From positions 64,001-128,000 of the forward strand of contig CAVPJD010000008.1 in NCBI GenBank assembly GCA_963705165.1: 64,000 bases of DNA, written 5' to 3'. This document shows positions 29,862 through 38,356 of this stretch, one piece after another. The stretch's first letter is position 1; the number at the start of each line of letters is the position of its first letter. The DNA comes from an uncultured delta proteobacterium (lineage in GTDB: Bacteria; Desulfobacterota; Syntrophia; Syntrophales; UBA2192). The translations under genes were made by a program, and so were the position numbers. The notes below the pieces were generated by a model, which had not been told where the DNA came from, ran no database searches, and worked only from the letters and a program-made list of their open reading frames with translations.

Positions 29862-30887
29862 ATGAGACAACGAACCCTTTGGGTCTGTTGGATAATTCTT
29901 TTTACACTTTTGACTGCAGGGCAATCTCTGGCATGGGCTCAAGAAAAGCAGAGCCCCCCGAAGAGTGCTGTGGTTGCCGAGATCGGGCGTATCGGAAAGG
30001 CCGCCAGGGGAGCGGTTGGCGTCGCCGCCATCCATCTGGAAACCGGCCGCAGGGTTGTCTTCAATGCAGACGAGTTCTTCCCCATGGCCAGCACGGTAAA
30101 GGTAGCGGTTGCGGCAAAGATCCTCGACATGGTGGACAAGGGGCAGATCAGCCTGACATCGCTTATCCCGGTGGGGCGCACGGAGTTGGCGCCGGAAGGT
30201 CCCCTGGGAGATATTCATTGGCGCCCCGGGCTTTCATTCACGGTTTCCGACCTCCTCGAGCCCATGATCACGAAGAGTGACAATACCTCTACCGATGTTC
30301 TTTATCGGGTAGCCGGGGGACCCGCAGCCGTCCATGCCTACCTGCAAGCCATGAGTCTGGAGGAAATCTATCCGGCCCGAACGATCAGCGAGGTGCTGCG
30401 GGATGTTTTGTCAATCCCTGCTCCTAAGTCGCCGGCGACGTCCCTGGCGGATCAGTTCAGGCGGATGTCGCCCAAACAGGCTTCAGAGCGCCGCGCAAAG
30501 GCCTATAGGGCGAATCCCACCTATGATGCCGACCCGAGAGATCAGGCAACGCCATCTGCAATGCTGGGGCTCTTGTGCAAGATCTGGATGGAGGACGGTG
30601 TCAGCAGATCGACACGATCCACGCTGCTTGCCCTGATGGAGCGCAGCACAACCGGACAGAAACGGATCCGGGGCCGCTTGCCTGCGGGGACTGTCGTTGC
30701 CGACAAGACGGGGACACTCGCGGGTACCGTTAATGACGTTGGCTTCATTACACTGCCCGATGGCAGTGGGCACATAGCCATTGTCGTGTTCGTCAAGGGT
30801 TCGGAAGCGCCCCCCGGTATCCGGGCTACGGTCATTGCAGACATCGCACGGCTCGTGTACGACTACTTCCTTATTTCACCCCGATAA
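29862..30887 (+). CDS. Class A beta-lactamase-like serine hydrolase with extended omega loop
   Basis: Signal peptide; STVK, SDN and KTG motifs; DPRDQATP; no Glu at the 166-equivalent position. Confidence 0.88.
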   Translation: MRQRTLWVCWIILFTLLTAGQSLAWAQEKQSPPKSAVVAEIGRIGKAARGAVGVAAIHLETGRRVVFNADEFFPMASTVKVAVAAKILDMVDKGQISLTSLIPVGRTELAPEGPLGDIHWRPGLSFTVSDLLEPMITKSDNTSTDVLYRVAGGPAAVHAYLQAMSLEEIYPARTISEVLRDVLSIPAPKSPATSLADQFRRMSPKQASERRAKAYRANPTYDADPRDQATPSAMLGLLCKIWMEDGVSRSTRSTLLALMERSTTGQKRIRGRLPAGTVVADKTGTLAGTVNDVGFITLPDGSGHIAIVVFVKGSEAPPGIRATVIADIARLVYDYFLISPR

Positions 30888-31245
30888 AGCCCTGATTGCG
30901 AAGGCCAGGTCTTTAGCAGATACGGCGATCAAGACCAGGCAGTACTTCCTGTAACAAAGAAAACGTCAACATCAATTAAAATGCACGATTTCAACTGACA
31001 ATTATTGACCATGCTTTCGTATTAATTATGACAGTGATGATTTAGCGCTACGGGGCATTTGATGGTGGCTTTCAAATTTTTCCATAAATTACGAGGTTCG
31101 CTTTTAGTCCATATTACAATGAAATGCGAAATGCTGGAAACAGTTACTTGGTTGTAATTATAGTAGATTACCATTTTGTAGAGATGGAACATATGCTAGG
31201 TTAATAACCAAATCATCGAAAAAGCGAACTTCGTATATTAAATGG

Positions 31246-32178
31246 TTATGTGTAAAAAATAGTCAGAAGACAAAATGAAATTCGCACTTGTAAATGGTGA
31301 AAAAGAAGAAGCAACTAAAGGAGCAAAGGGGGTGTGCCAAATTTGTGGCTCAGAGCTAATTGCTAGGTGTGGAGAAGTTAAGATTAATCATTGGGCGCAT
31401 AAAGGAAACCGCATCTGTGATCCTTGGTGGGAAAATGAAACTGACTGGCACCGGTCGTGGAAAGGTAAATTTCCGAAAGACTGGCAAGAAAAGCTACATT
31501 TTGACGAAAGCGGCGAAAAGCACATTGCAGATGTAAAAACAAATGACGACTGGTGTATAGAATTCCAGCATTCCTATCTCAATCCAGAAGAACGTCGCGC
31601 TAGAAATGCTTTTTATCGTAAATTAGTTTGGGTTGTTGATGGAACTAGGCGAAAAACTGATAAAAAAATATTTCAAAAAATAATAAGCGAAAGCATTCGA
31701 TTACCTACGCAAATTCCAATTCTACAAGTACATTTTCCTGATGAATGTAGGCTGTTAAAAGAGTGGCATGATAATGACGTGCTAGTACTTTTTGACTTCC
31801 AAGAAACGGAAGATTCTGAGCAATCAATGCTTTGGTTTTTATTTCCTAAAATGCCTTCAGGTGACACCTATATGTCTCCTTTTTCACGACTGAATTTTAT
31901 TGAATTTCATAACAATAATAAATTTGATGAACTAGTTAAAAATACAATTTTACCAATTCACGCAGAATTGAATAAAAGAAAGCGAATTGAACAAGTAAAT
32001 AGTATGCGTGGCCGTACTAGTGGGTTGCCAGGTTTTGAAAGATATACGGCAAATAAGCGAAGAAGGCAAAGACGTTTTCGTTTTTAGACCTAAAAGGATG
32101 TGTAAAGAATCAAGAACACATAACAATGCGCTCCTGCCGACGTCAGCTCTAACGCGCCGCCGCGGCAGAGCTTAGTCG
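31246..32178 (+). mobile_element. Integron gene cassette, with no integron integrase in the window
   Basis: Begins at G/TTATGT (31245), the exact complement of the attC R'' ACATAAC; ends at G/TTGAGC; strongly AT-rich. Confidence 0.85.
31275..32087 (+). CDS. CoiA-like family protein (zinc finger plus PD-(D/E)XK-type nuclease)
   Basis: CQIC..HWAH..CD.WWENET.WH; HIADV..IEFQHS motif. Confidence 0.85.
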   Translation: MKFALVNGEKEEATKGAKGVCQICGSELIARCGEVKINHWAHKGNRICDPWWENETDWHRSWKGKFPKDWQEKLHFDESGEKHIADVKTNDDWCIEFQHSYLNPEERRARNAFYRKLVWVVDGTRRKTDKKIFQKIISESIRLPTQIPILQVHFPDECRLLKEWHDNDVLVLFDFQETEDSEQSMLWFLFPKMPSGDTYMSPFSRLNFIEFHNNNKFDELVKNTILPIHAELNKRKRIEQVNSMRGRTSGLPGFERYTANKRRRQRRFRF

Positions 32179-32184
32179 TTGAGC
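32118..32184 (+). mobile_element. attC recombination site
   Basis: R'' ACATAAC, 5-nt spacer, L'' GCTCCTGCCG pairing with L' CGGCAGAGC (one extrahelical base), 6-nt spacer, R' GTTGAGC. Confidence 0.9.
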
Positions 32185-32325
32185 AAACATTTCAAACACA
32201 AATACTCAATATATTTTATTCATCACAAGTGGGTAGTTGTAGGTGCTATACGTAACAAAGTCTGTTTTTCTCACGGATTCTGGTTTGTTAAGTCCTGTTT
32301 ACCATCTCATCCTTTTTCCTGTTCA

Positions 32326-33204
32326 TCAAGTGCTGTCTATGTTTTGTCTCATGATCGCCTCCATGGCCTTGAAGTAATCCCGCTGCACTTTCAGGTTTGA
32401 CACCCTGCAGTAGCGTTGCGTGGTTTTGACGTTGCTGTGCCCGAGGAGGTCCTGGATCGTGCACAGGTCGGCATCGGCATTGAGCAGCTGCGTGGCCATT
32501 GTGTGGCGCAGCTGATGACAGGAGACGCGAAGCTTCGTCTTGCGGCCATAGTGCTCCATGCGCTTCTGAATGCCGCGAATCGAGATCGGCTGGCCCGTGC
32601 AAGGGCCCTTCTCCACGAGAAAGATCCGACGAGTTCGCGATGAGGGCCGCACCCGAAGATAGGCCACAAGCGCCTGGCAGGCATCCTGACTCAAATACAC
32701 GATGCGGTCCTTTCCGCCTTTGCCGTCCTCGATCAGAAGCTTCCGGTGTTTGTAGTCCACAGCCCCGAGCGTCAACTGGGCGACCTCCTCGACCCGCAGC
32801 CCGCAGCGAACCATCAGCATGAACATGGCCCGGTCGCGCGGTCGAGTGATGATCTGGAAGAAGCTCTCGACCTGCTCGTCCTTCAGGTGCCGGGGCAGCG
32901 GCCGCGACATCTTCAGGGCATGCGTGTTTTTCACCGGGTTTGCGATGTCCAGGACGCCCTCGTCCCGCAGAAAGTGATAGAACTGCCGGATGACGTTGAG
33001 CTGGCAGTTGATGCTCTTGGGCTTCAGGCGCCGCCTCATCAGCTCGTCGATGTAGTGCGAGACCTTGGAGTGCGTGACGTGCTCGATCGGCACATCGAGC
33101 CACAGCACAAAGCTTCTGATCGCGCACAGGTAGTTCTTAACCGTGTTGGGCGAGCAGTTGCGCCTCTTCAGATAGCGCCGCCAGTGGATGATCGCATCCG
33201 TCAT
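32326..33204 (-). CDS. Tyrosine recombinase (second of the pair)
   Basis: SAM-like N-domain; GLR, GKGGK, HQLRH, LGH, RY catalytic set. Confidence 0.95.
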   Translation of the reverse strand: MTDAIIHWRRYLKRRNCSPNTVKNYLCAIRSFVLWLDVPIEHVTHSKVSHYIDELMRRRLKPKSINCQLNVIRQFYHFLRDEGVLDIANPVKNTHALKMSRPLPRHLKDEQVESFFQIITRPRDRAMFMLMVRCGLRVEEVAQLTLGAVDYKHRKLLIEDGKGGKDRIVYLSQDACQALVAYLRVRPSSRTRRIFLVEKGPCTGQPISIRGIQKRMEHYGRKTKLRVSCHQLRHTMATQLLNADADLCTIQDLLGHSNVKTTQRYCRVSNLKVQRDYFKAMEAIMRQNIDST

Positions 33205-34267
33205 CGTCGTTTCCCCTCTCGATTACAGACATGGCCCTGAAGTACTCTTCCTCCCGTGTCTTATCCGTAAGGCAGGCATATCGCCGCGTCTCCTCGATGC
33301 TTCGATGACCCAGGAGCACCTGCAGGCACTCCAGGCGCATCCCGGCATTGAGAAGCTCCGTCGCAAAGGTGTGTCGAAGCGTGTGGACCGTATAGCCCCG
33401 ATCTGCAAGCCCCGCCTTCCCGAGATAGCCGGCAAACCGGGCCCGGGCCGTGCTGTAGCTCATCCGGCCATCCTCACTACGTCCATAGAACAGGTACTCC
33501 TTCAAGACGTTTCGTTTGCTCATCCAGATCCCCAACGCCGAAAGCGCATCCTCGCTCAGGTACACCACACGGCCCAGCCGGTTCTTCTCCGCCTCGTAGA
33601 TCTCGATGCGGCGCTCCCGGACGTTGACGTCTGTCACCCTGGTGTGCAGAAGCTCGCCAATCCGCAGGCCCGTCCGAAGCAGGACCAGGATCATCGTCCG
33701 GTCCTCGGGATTATCAATGACTGAAAGCAGCTTGGCCGTATCCTCGGGCGCCATCGCCCGCGGCAGCCGCTCGGGCAGCTTCAGCTGGATCCTTCGCACG
33801 AAGATCTCCGGGGAGACGACCTTCTCCTCGGCCAGGTACCGCAGGAACGCGCACACACAGACGAGCCGCGTCCGGATCGTCGTGATCTTGATCCCCCGGT
33901 CCTGTTCCCGCTCGACGAACGCCTCCACGTCAGCGCGGCTGATGCCAGCCAACTCGTGCCGGCCCGCATCCTTGAGCATGCACAGAAACAGCATGTTGGA
34001 TTGCCACAGGCTGCAGAGCGTACGGGGCCTGCGGTTCCGGCGGGTGACATGGCGGAGAAATGCTTCGAACTGATCGGCTCCGGGCAGGCCCATCCTGCCG
34101 AGCCGGTTCAGAATCCGCTGAAGCGTCTTCAGGACGTTGCTCGATTCGGTATGGTGACTTGGATAAGAAGGGACGATCCGAGGTGGGCTGTTCTCGATTG
34201 GATCGACAGAAAAGAACCCATCGGACAAAAGCGAAGCCTGATTGAGGCTGAACTCAGAAACGTGCAT
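33137..34267 (-). CDS. Tyrosine recombinase (first of the pair)
   Basis: AGGAGG RBS; TGLRIGE, EKNR, HTLRH, LGH, RRY. Confidence 0.93.
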   Translation of the reverse strand: MHVSEFSLNQASLLSDGFFSVDPIENSPPRIVPSYPSHHTESSNVLKTLQRILNRLGRMGLPGADQFEAFLRHVTRRNRRPRTLCSLWQSNMLFLCMLKDAGRHELAGISRADVEAFVEREQDRGIKITTIRTRLVCVCAFLRYLAEEKVVSPEIFVRRIQLKLPERLPRAMAPEDTAKLLSVIDNPEDRTMILVLLRTGLRIGELLHTRVTDVNVRERRIEIYEAEKNRLGRVVYLSEDALSALGIWMSKRNVLKEYLFYGRSEDGRMSYSTARARFAGYLGKAGLADRGYTVHTLRHTFATELLNAGMRLECLQVLLGHRSIEETRRYACLTDKTREEEYFRAMSVIERGNDDDGCDHPLAALSEEAQLLAQHG

Positions 34268-34451
34268 CTCTGCCTCCTTTTTCTGTGAATCCACAAGAAA
34301 AACAGGCAGATGATGGGCCCTGCGCCAATCAGCTGTCAATCAGTGTTTTGTTACGTATAGGTAGGTGAAAGAGATTTGCGGGCCAGGTGATCTCTGCAGG
34401 TCTAGAGCATCGGACTAAACGAATTTCGATTTCACAGTTACGTGGTCCAAT

Positions 34452-34496
34452 AAAAAGCCCCCATCCCGTCGCTTTTCCGGAATGGGGGCTTTTTTA
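34452..34496. terminator. Bidirectional intrinsic terminator
   Basis: AAAAAGCCCCCAT..ATGGGGGCTTTTTT. Confidence 0.8.
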
Positions 34497-34519
34497 TTGG
34501 AGGACCTGTTGGGTCTGGT

Positions 34520-34870
34520 CTATCTCATGTCCGCTCTTGATGGTTGGCAGATCGGTTCCTGACGACGGCCAAAGGAGATCCCCGTCTTGCTCAGAGCCCT
34601 AAGCGCCTTCCTCTCGTTCTCGGGGATGAGCCCGGCCTTCAGCCTCTCTTTCCCCTCGAAGACCTTCTGCCAGAGCCTGCCGATGGTCAGCATGATGGCC
34701 AGGAAGAACAGTCCGAACATAAAGTAAGGTTCGGTCCGGAGCTGCTCGTCGATCAAAAGCCCGACCCAGAAGAAGAAAAGAGAGCCGGCAACGATCACGA
34801 ACCCCCAGGCGCTGTAAGCCAGGATGTCGAAGAGGATGCTTCCCTTGTATGCTTTGATTCCAGTTCTCAT
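34520..34870 (-). CDS. AtpZ/AtpI-like small membrane protein
   Basis: Two TMs with G..IDEQL.TEP.F..GL motif. Confidence 0.7.
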   Translation of the reverse strand: MRTGIKAYKGSILFDILAYSAWGFVIVAGSLFFFWVGLLIDEQLRTEPYFMFGLFFLAIMLTIGRLWQKVFEGKERLKAGLIPENERKALRALSKTGISFGRRQEPICQPSRADMR

Positions 34871-34920
34871 GGGGTAGTCATGGAGCCGGGCGGATCCGGC
34901 CCCTTCCTTTCACGTTCGGG

Positions 34921-35196
34921 TTAGCCGATCAGATTCTTTACGGCCTCGGCCACGGGGCTCGTGAACAGAGCCACCAGCACCGCGTACATCGCGAAGCTGC
35001 CCATCGCCTCGCTCAGGTAGAGCTTCTCGTACTTCTGCTTCAGGGAAACGATCGTCATGCCGCCCACAATCAGGGCCCCCAGGTGGAAGTAGGGGAAGTT
35101 CCCGACGCCGGCTGCGGCGTACTCGGCAAAGCTGAAGGTTGCGGTGATCAGAACAACGGCTGCAGTAAGAATCAGGGTGGAAAGCGTCTTTTTCAT
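34921..35196 (-). CDS. Hypothetical membrane protein
   Basis: GAGGAGG RBS; signal peptide plus two TMs. Confidence 0.75.
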   Translation of the reverse strand: MKKTLSTLILTAAVVLITATFSFAEYAAAGVGNFPYFHLGALIVGGMTIVSLKQKYEKLYLSEAMGSFAMYAVLVALFTSPVAEAVKNLIG

Positions 35197-35240
35197 GGTC
35201 AGGTCCTCCTCGGTGTCATTGTTTCTTGCCCAGATAGTAT

Positions 35241-35257
35241 AGAAAGGAGCGTGCCAA
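35241..35257 (-). promoter_or_regulatory. Possible sigma54 promoter
   Basis: TTGGCACG-N4-TTTCT; -12 element has one mismatch to TTGC. Confidence 0.45.
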
Positions 35258-35526
35258 GACGGGGAGAAAGAAAAAGATAGTTTGCAACGATAAGATATGA
35301 AATGGGAAATGACGCTTCAGGGACTTGCCGGGCGCTCCCTCCGAAGCCCTCGAAAGGCCTCTTCTTGAAAGAAACGTTCAACCGGGTGTGAATGAAACGA
35401 TCAAAAAGAAAAGAGTCAGGGACAAAGGGAAAGGGGGAAGCCCTGGAATAGGTTCACCCCGATTGGCAGAACATGATCCCTTTGGAGATACTGAGAAGAA
35501 AAACGAGAACATTGCCCAGGATGAAA

Positions 35527-36765
35527 TTAGCGCGATGCCGTCTCGAAGCGCATCGGCGGGGCCGAGGCGAGCTGGCCTGCGAGCCCTTCCCGGGCGGTCC
35601 TGTACGAGGCGATGAGCGCCTCCGGCACGGGCTGGCCTGCGGGAATCTCGACCTTGCGCGGGTTGACTGGCCGGTCGTTCACGCGCATCTCGAAGTGCAG
35701 GTGCGCCCCCGTGGACATGCCCGTGGAGCCCACATACCCGATGAGCTGCCCCTGGGTCACGCTCGACCCTTTCCTCACCCCCCTGGCAAACCCCGAGAGG
35801 TGTCCGTAGGAGGTTTTGTAGCCGTTGGGGTGGCGGATGACGACGAGTTTGCCATAGCCGCCCTGGTGACCTGCCGCCAAAACCTGCCCGTTGCCGATGG
35901 CCGAGACGGGCGTCCCCTTCGGCGCGACGTAGTCCGTGCCGTTGTGGGCCCTGCGGATCTTGAGGACGGGGTGGAGACGCGACTTCGAGAAGCCGGAGCT
36001 GATGCGCCGGAAGCTCAGCGGGGCCTTGAGGAAAGCCTTGCGGAGCGAGCGGCCCTCGGCGTCGTAGTAGTCAGCCCGGCCGTCGACCTCGAAGCGGTAC
36101 GCGCGGGAGAGCACGCCGTCGTTGACGAATTCCGCGGCGAGGATGTTGCCGTACTTTTTGAACTCGCCGTCTCGGTAGAGGCCTTCGACGAGCATTCGGA
36201 ACGTATCGCCTTTGCGCAGCGCCGTCGTGAAGTCGATGTCCCAGGCGAAGATGTCCGATAGGTTCAACGCAAGGAGCAGGTTCTGCTGCCCGCCGCCCAT
36301 GGAGGCGATCAGGTTGTCCTCGATGGCGCCCTCGAGGCAAAGAATTTTCTTCTCGTACTCGAGGTTGAGCTTCTCGGCCTGATAGCCCTGCCCTGCGCGG
36401 GTGACGCGCACGAGAGAGTCGTCGTTGACCCAGTAGACAAAGGCGTGCAGGCGCTTTTCGGGGTCGACGTGGATCTCGTAGGGCTGCCCGGACCGGAACT
36501 CCCGGGCGCTGTGTACGCCGGCAAGGGCTTCCTTTACGTGGAAAAGCTCCCGGGGGTCAAAGCCGTGGCGCTTGAAGATCTCGTAGAGCGACTGGCCCTT
36601 CTCGACGATCCCGGTGATCCGGGAAAGGGGGGGCGGCTCGGCCTTTGCTGACGGACCTGCGGGGTTCGGGTCGGGAGAGTTGCCGAGGAAAAGAAGGGCT
36701 GCAAACAGGGCAATCCCTGCAAGGACGAGGAGGGCTGGGCCGAGAGCTTTTTTCGCCGGTATCAC
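35527..36765 (-). CDS. M23 family peptidoglycan DD-endopeptidase (MepM-like)
   Basis: HNGTDY, YGHLS, GAHLHFE; N-terminal TM; start codon uncertain. Confidence 0.92.
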   Translation of the reverse strand: MIPAKKALGPALLVLAGIALFAALLFLGNSPDPNPAGPSAKAEPPPLSRITGIVEKGQSLYEIFKRHGFDPRELFHVKEALAGVHSAREFRSGQPYEIHVDPEKRLHAFVYWVNDDSLVRVTRAGQGYQAEKLNLEYEKKILCLEGAIEDNLIASMGGGQQNLLLALNLSDIFAWDIDFTTALRKGDTFRMLVEGLYRDGEFKKYGNILAAEFVNDGVLSRAYRFEVDGRADYYDAEGRSLRKAFLKAPLSFRRISSGFSKSRLHPVLKIRRAHNGTDYVAPKGTPVSAIGNGQVLAAGHQGGYGKLVVIRHPNGYKTSYGHLSGFARGVRKGSSVTQGQLIGYVGSTGMSTGAHLHFEMRVNDRPVNPRKVEIPAGQPVPEALIASYRTAREGLAGQLASAPPMRFETASR

Positions 36766-36984
36766 TCGCTGAAAACCCCGCTGCCCCGTTTCGGCGCCGC
36801 AGGCGCGCGCCGGGCACAAAAAAGGCGCCTCTCGTCAATCGGTCTTGGCCATTGTTGCTGGCCATGGCATCTGCTGCCGGGAAAGCGCCTGTCTTTCGGC
36901 GTACCCTAAACGAATTCACTGCGGATTTCAAGCGATTTTCGATGAAGAAGGGGCCGCCCGCACCCGGCAGGCGGCCCCTTGCGG

Positions 36985-37902
36985 TTAGAAGGCATAGACG
37001 AAGTTGAACCAGAACTTGTTGCCCTCGGGCTTGTACTGCGCTTCGAACTCGTACTGCCATTTGAGCGTGAAGATCATGTTCTTGTAGCTGTACTGCGCCT
37101 GGGGACCGATGGCGGCAACCTGTCCCTTGAACCCGTCGGGCGGGGTCACGCCGTTGACTTTGTCGTCGGTTGTCTGGATGTAATAGTAGCCTCCGAGACC
37201 GACGGCCCACTGCTTGCCGATGTGGTACCCGACGGTGTAGTCGAAGTGGAACTCCTGGCCCGACTGGTAATTCGTGTCGCTGTTCTCCGTATTGAAATCG
37301 TACATGAACTTGGCCGAAAGCTCAAAACCCCCGTCGCTCAGGTAGGTCATGGCGAGGACGGGTTCGAAGGTCCAGTAGTTTCGCCCGAGGTTTGCCAGCC
37401 GGTCTTGATCATAGGTTCCCGTGGGAATGTAGATGTCGAGGCCCGTCGTGACGTGGAAATTCGGGAAGTGCCAGCCGAGGATGATCGGGTTGACGATGAT
37501 GTCGCCCAGCCCAAAGCGGTCGTCGTCCCGGCCGCCGAGTGTCACGTCCTGGTAGGCCAGAGGAATAAAGGCATGAACGGCCCAGTTGGCCCCGAGGATC
37601 TTATAGTCGGTCACATGGATGAACCGGAGCACATTGGCCGCCACCTTCAGATTGAAATCGGGGATGAGATCGTTGCCGTTCTTGTCATTGAACTGCGAGG
37701 CCGAATAATAGAGCAAGTAGTTCTTGAAATAGGTCCCCGGCGGCGGCAGCGCCCCCACCATGAAGTCTTCTGCGCCGTTCGGATATGCCCCGCCGCCTCC
37801 CTCGGTGGCGAAGGCCGGCCCTGCGAGGACCGCCGGGCCCATCAGCACGGCTGTCGCAACCAAAACGATGAACACTTTCCTGAATGCCTCCCGCTTCTTC
37901 AT
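36985..37902 (-). CDS. SphA family / MetA-pathway-like outer-membrane channel
   Basis: Signal peptide; ATEGGG..YPNG, LPPPG, GLGDI, PTG.YD, NLG.NYW, SGQEFH; C-terminal Phe. Confidence 0.85.
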   Translation of the reverse strand: MKKREAFRKVFIVLVATAVLMGPAVLAGPAFATEGGGGAYPNGAEDFMVGALPPPGTYFKNYLLYYSASQFNDKNGNDLIPDFNLKVAANVLRFIHVTDYKILGANWAVHAFIPLAYQDVTLGGRDDDRFGLGDIIVNPIILGWHFPNFHVTTGLDIYIPTGTYDQDRLANLGRNYWTFEPVLAMTYLSDGGFELSAKFMYDFNTENSDTNYQSGQEFHFDYTVGYHIGKQWAVGLGGYYYIQTTDDKVNGVTPPDGFKGQVAAIGPQAQYSYKNMIFTLKWQYEFEAQYKPEGNKFWFNFVYAF

Positions 37903-37940
37903 AACCCTTAACTCCTCCTTATGTGGATTTTGCATGAATG

Positions 37941-38022
37941 AAAAAAGGCCACCGGGTGTCCCGCCCCGTGGCCTCTGCAAAATGAAAAAGCCATGGGCGG
38001 CATCTGATCCACCCATGGCTTT
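37941..38022 (-). terminator. Two tandem intrinsic terminators in the channel gene leader
   Basis: AAAGCCATGGG..CCCATGGCTTTTT (37985-38022) and GGCCACGGG..CCGGTGGCCTTTTTT (37941-37974). Confidence 0.8.
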
Positions 38023-38054
38023 GTTTCCGGCTTGTTACCTTGTGCCTGTGTCCT

Positions 38055-38132
38055 TTACGATGGGCAGACCCCTGCGCTTATGTTGGCCCACCACCACCAA
38101 CCGAAAATGATTTTGTGCGCCTGTCCTGCCAT
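38055..38132 (-). CDS. Trp-rich attenuator leader peptide MAGQAHKIIFGWWWWANISAGVCPS (TrpL-like)
   Basis: Four consecutive TGG codons (38088-38099); lies between TTGACA (38188-38193) and the terminator; mutually exclusive pairings present. Confidence 0.8.
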   Translation of the reverse strand: MAGQAHKIIFGWWWWANISAGVCPS

Positions 38133-38356
38133 CGTGATTGCTTCCGTTAGAAAAAAGTGCGTTCATGTAAACATGGTTCGGCCGGCTTGTCAAGTGTCTT
38201 CTTGAAAGCATCCGGGTTGGTGGCGATTCCACTAAAGAATTTGTCCCCGGCGGCCGAATTATGGTTAAGGTGCATTTCCTGACGGACGGACTGTGCCCCT
38301 GGCCCCCCGAGACGGGACAGGCACCGGCACGAACTTGAACGAAACGAGGCTGACTC

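Larger units (their letters stand above)
32246..34360 (-). mobile_element. Compact element with two tandem tyrosine recombinases, 14-bp terminal IRs and 7-bp flanking direct repeat
   Basis: CTATACGTAACAAA (32246-32259) and TTTGTTACGTATAG (34347-34360); GTAGGTG at 32239-32245 and 34361-34367. Confidence 0.88.

Noticed and set aside
30951..30959. GTAACAAAG match to the element's left end, suggesting a larger composite element
   Set aside because: Only 9 bp, lacking CTATAC and the flanking 7-mer; plausible by chance
32326..34267. Recombinases as the integron integrase or as XerC/XerD
   Set aside because: No IntI-specific insertion is evident, they lie downstream of attC, and they are enclosed by their own IRs and direct repeat
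38035..38166. Alternative leader MNALF..RLVVVG (branched-chain amino acid attenuator)
   Set aside because: Its ATG overlaps the predicted -10 and has no RBS; the four-TGG frame fits better, though this is not fully excluded
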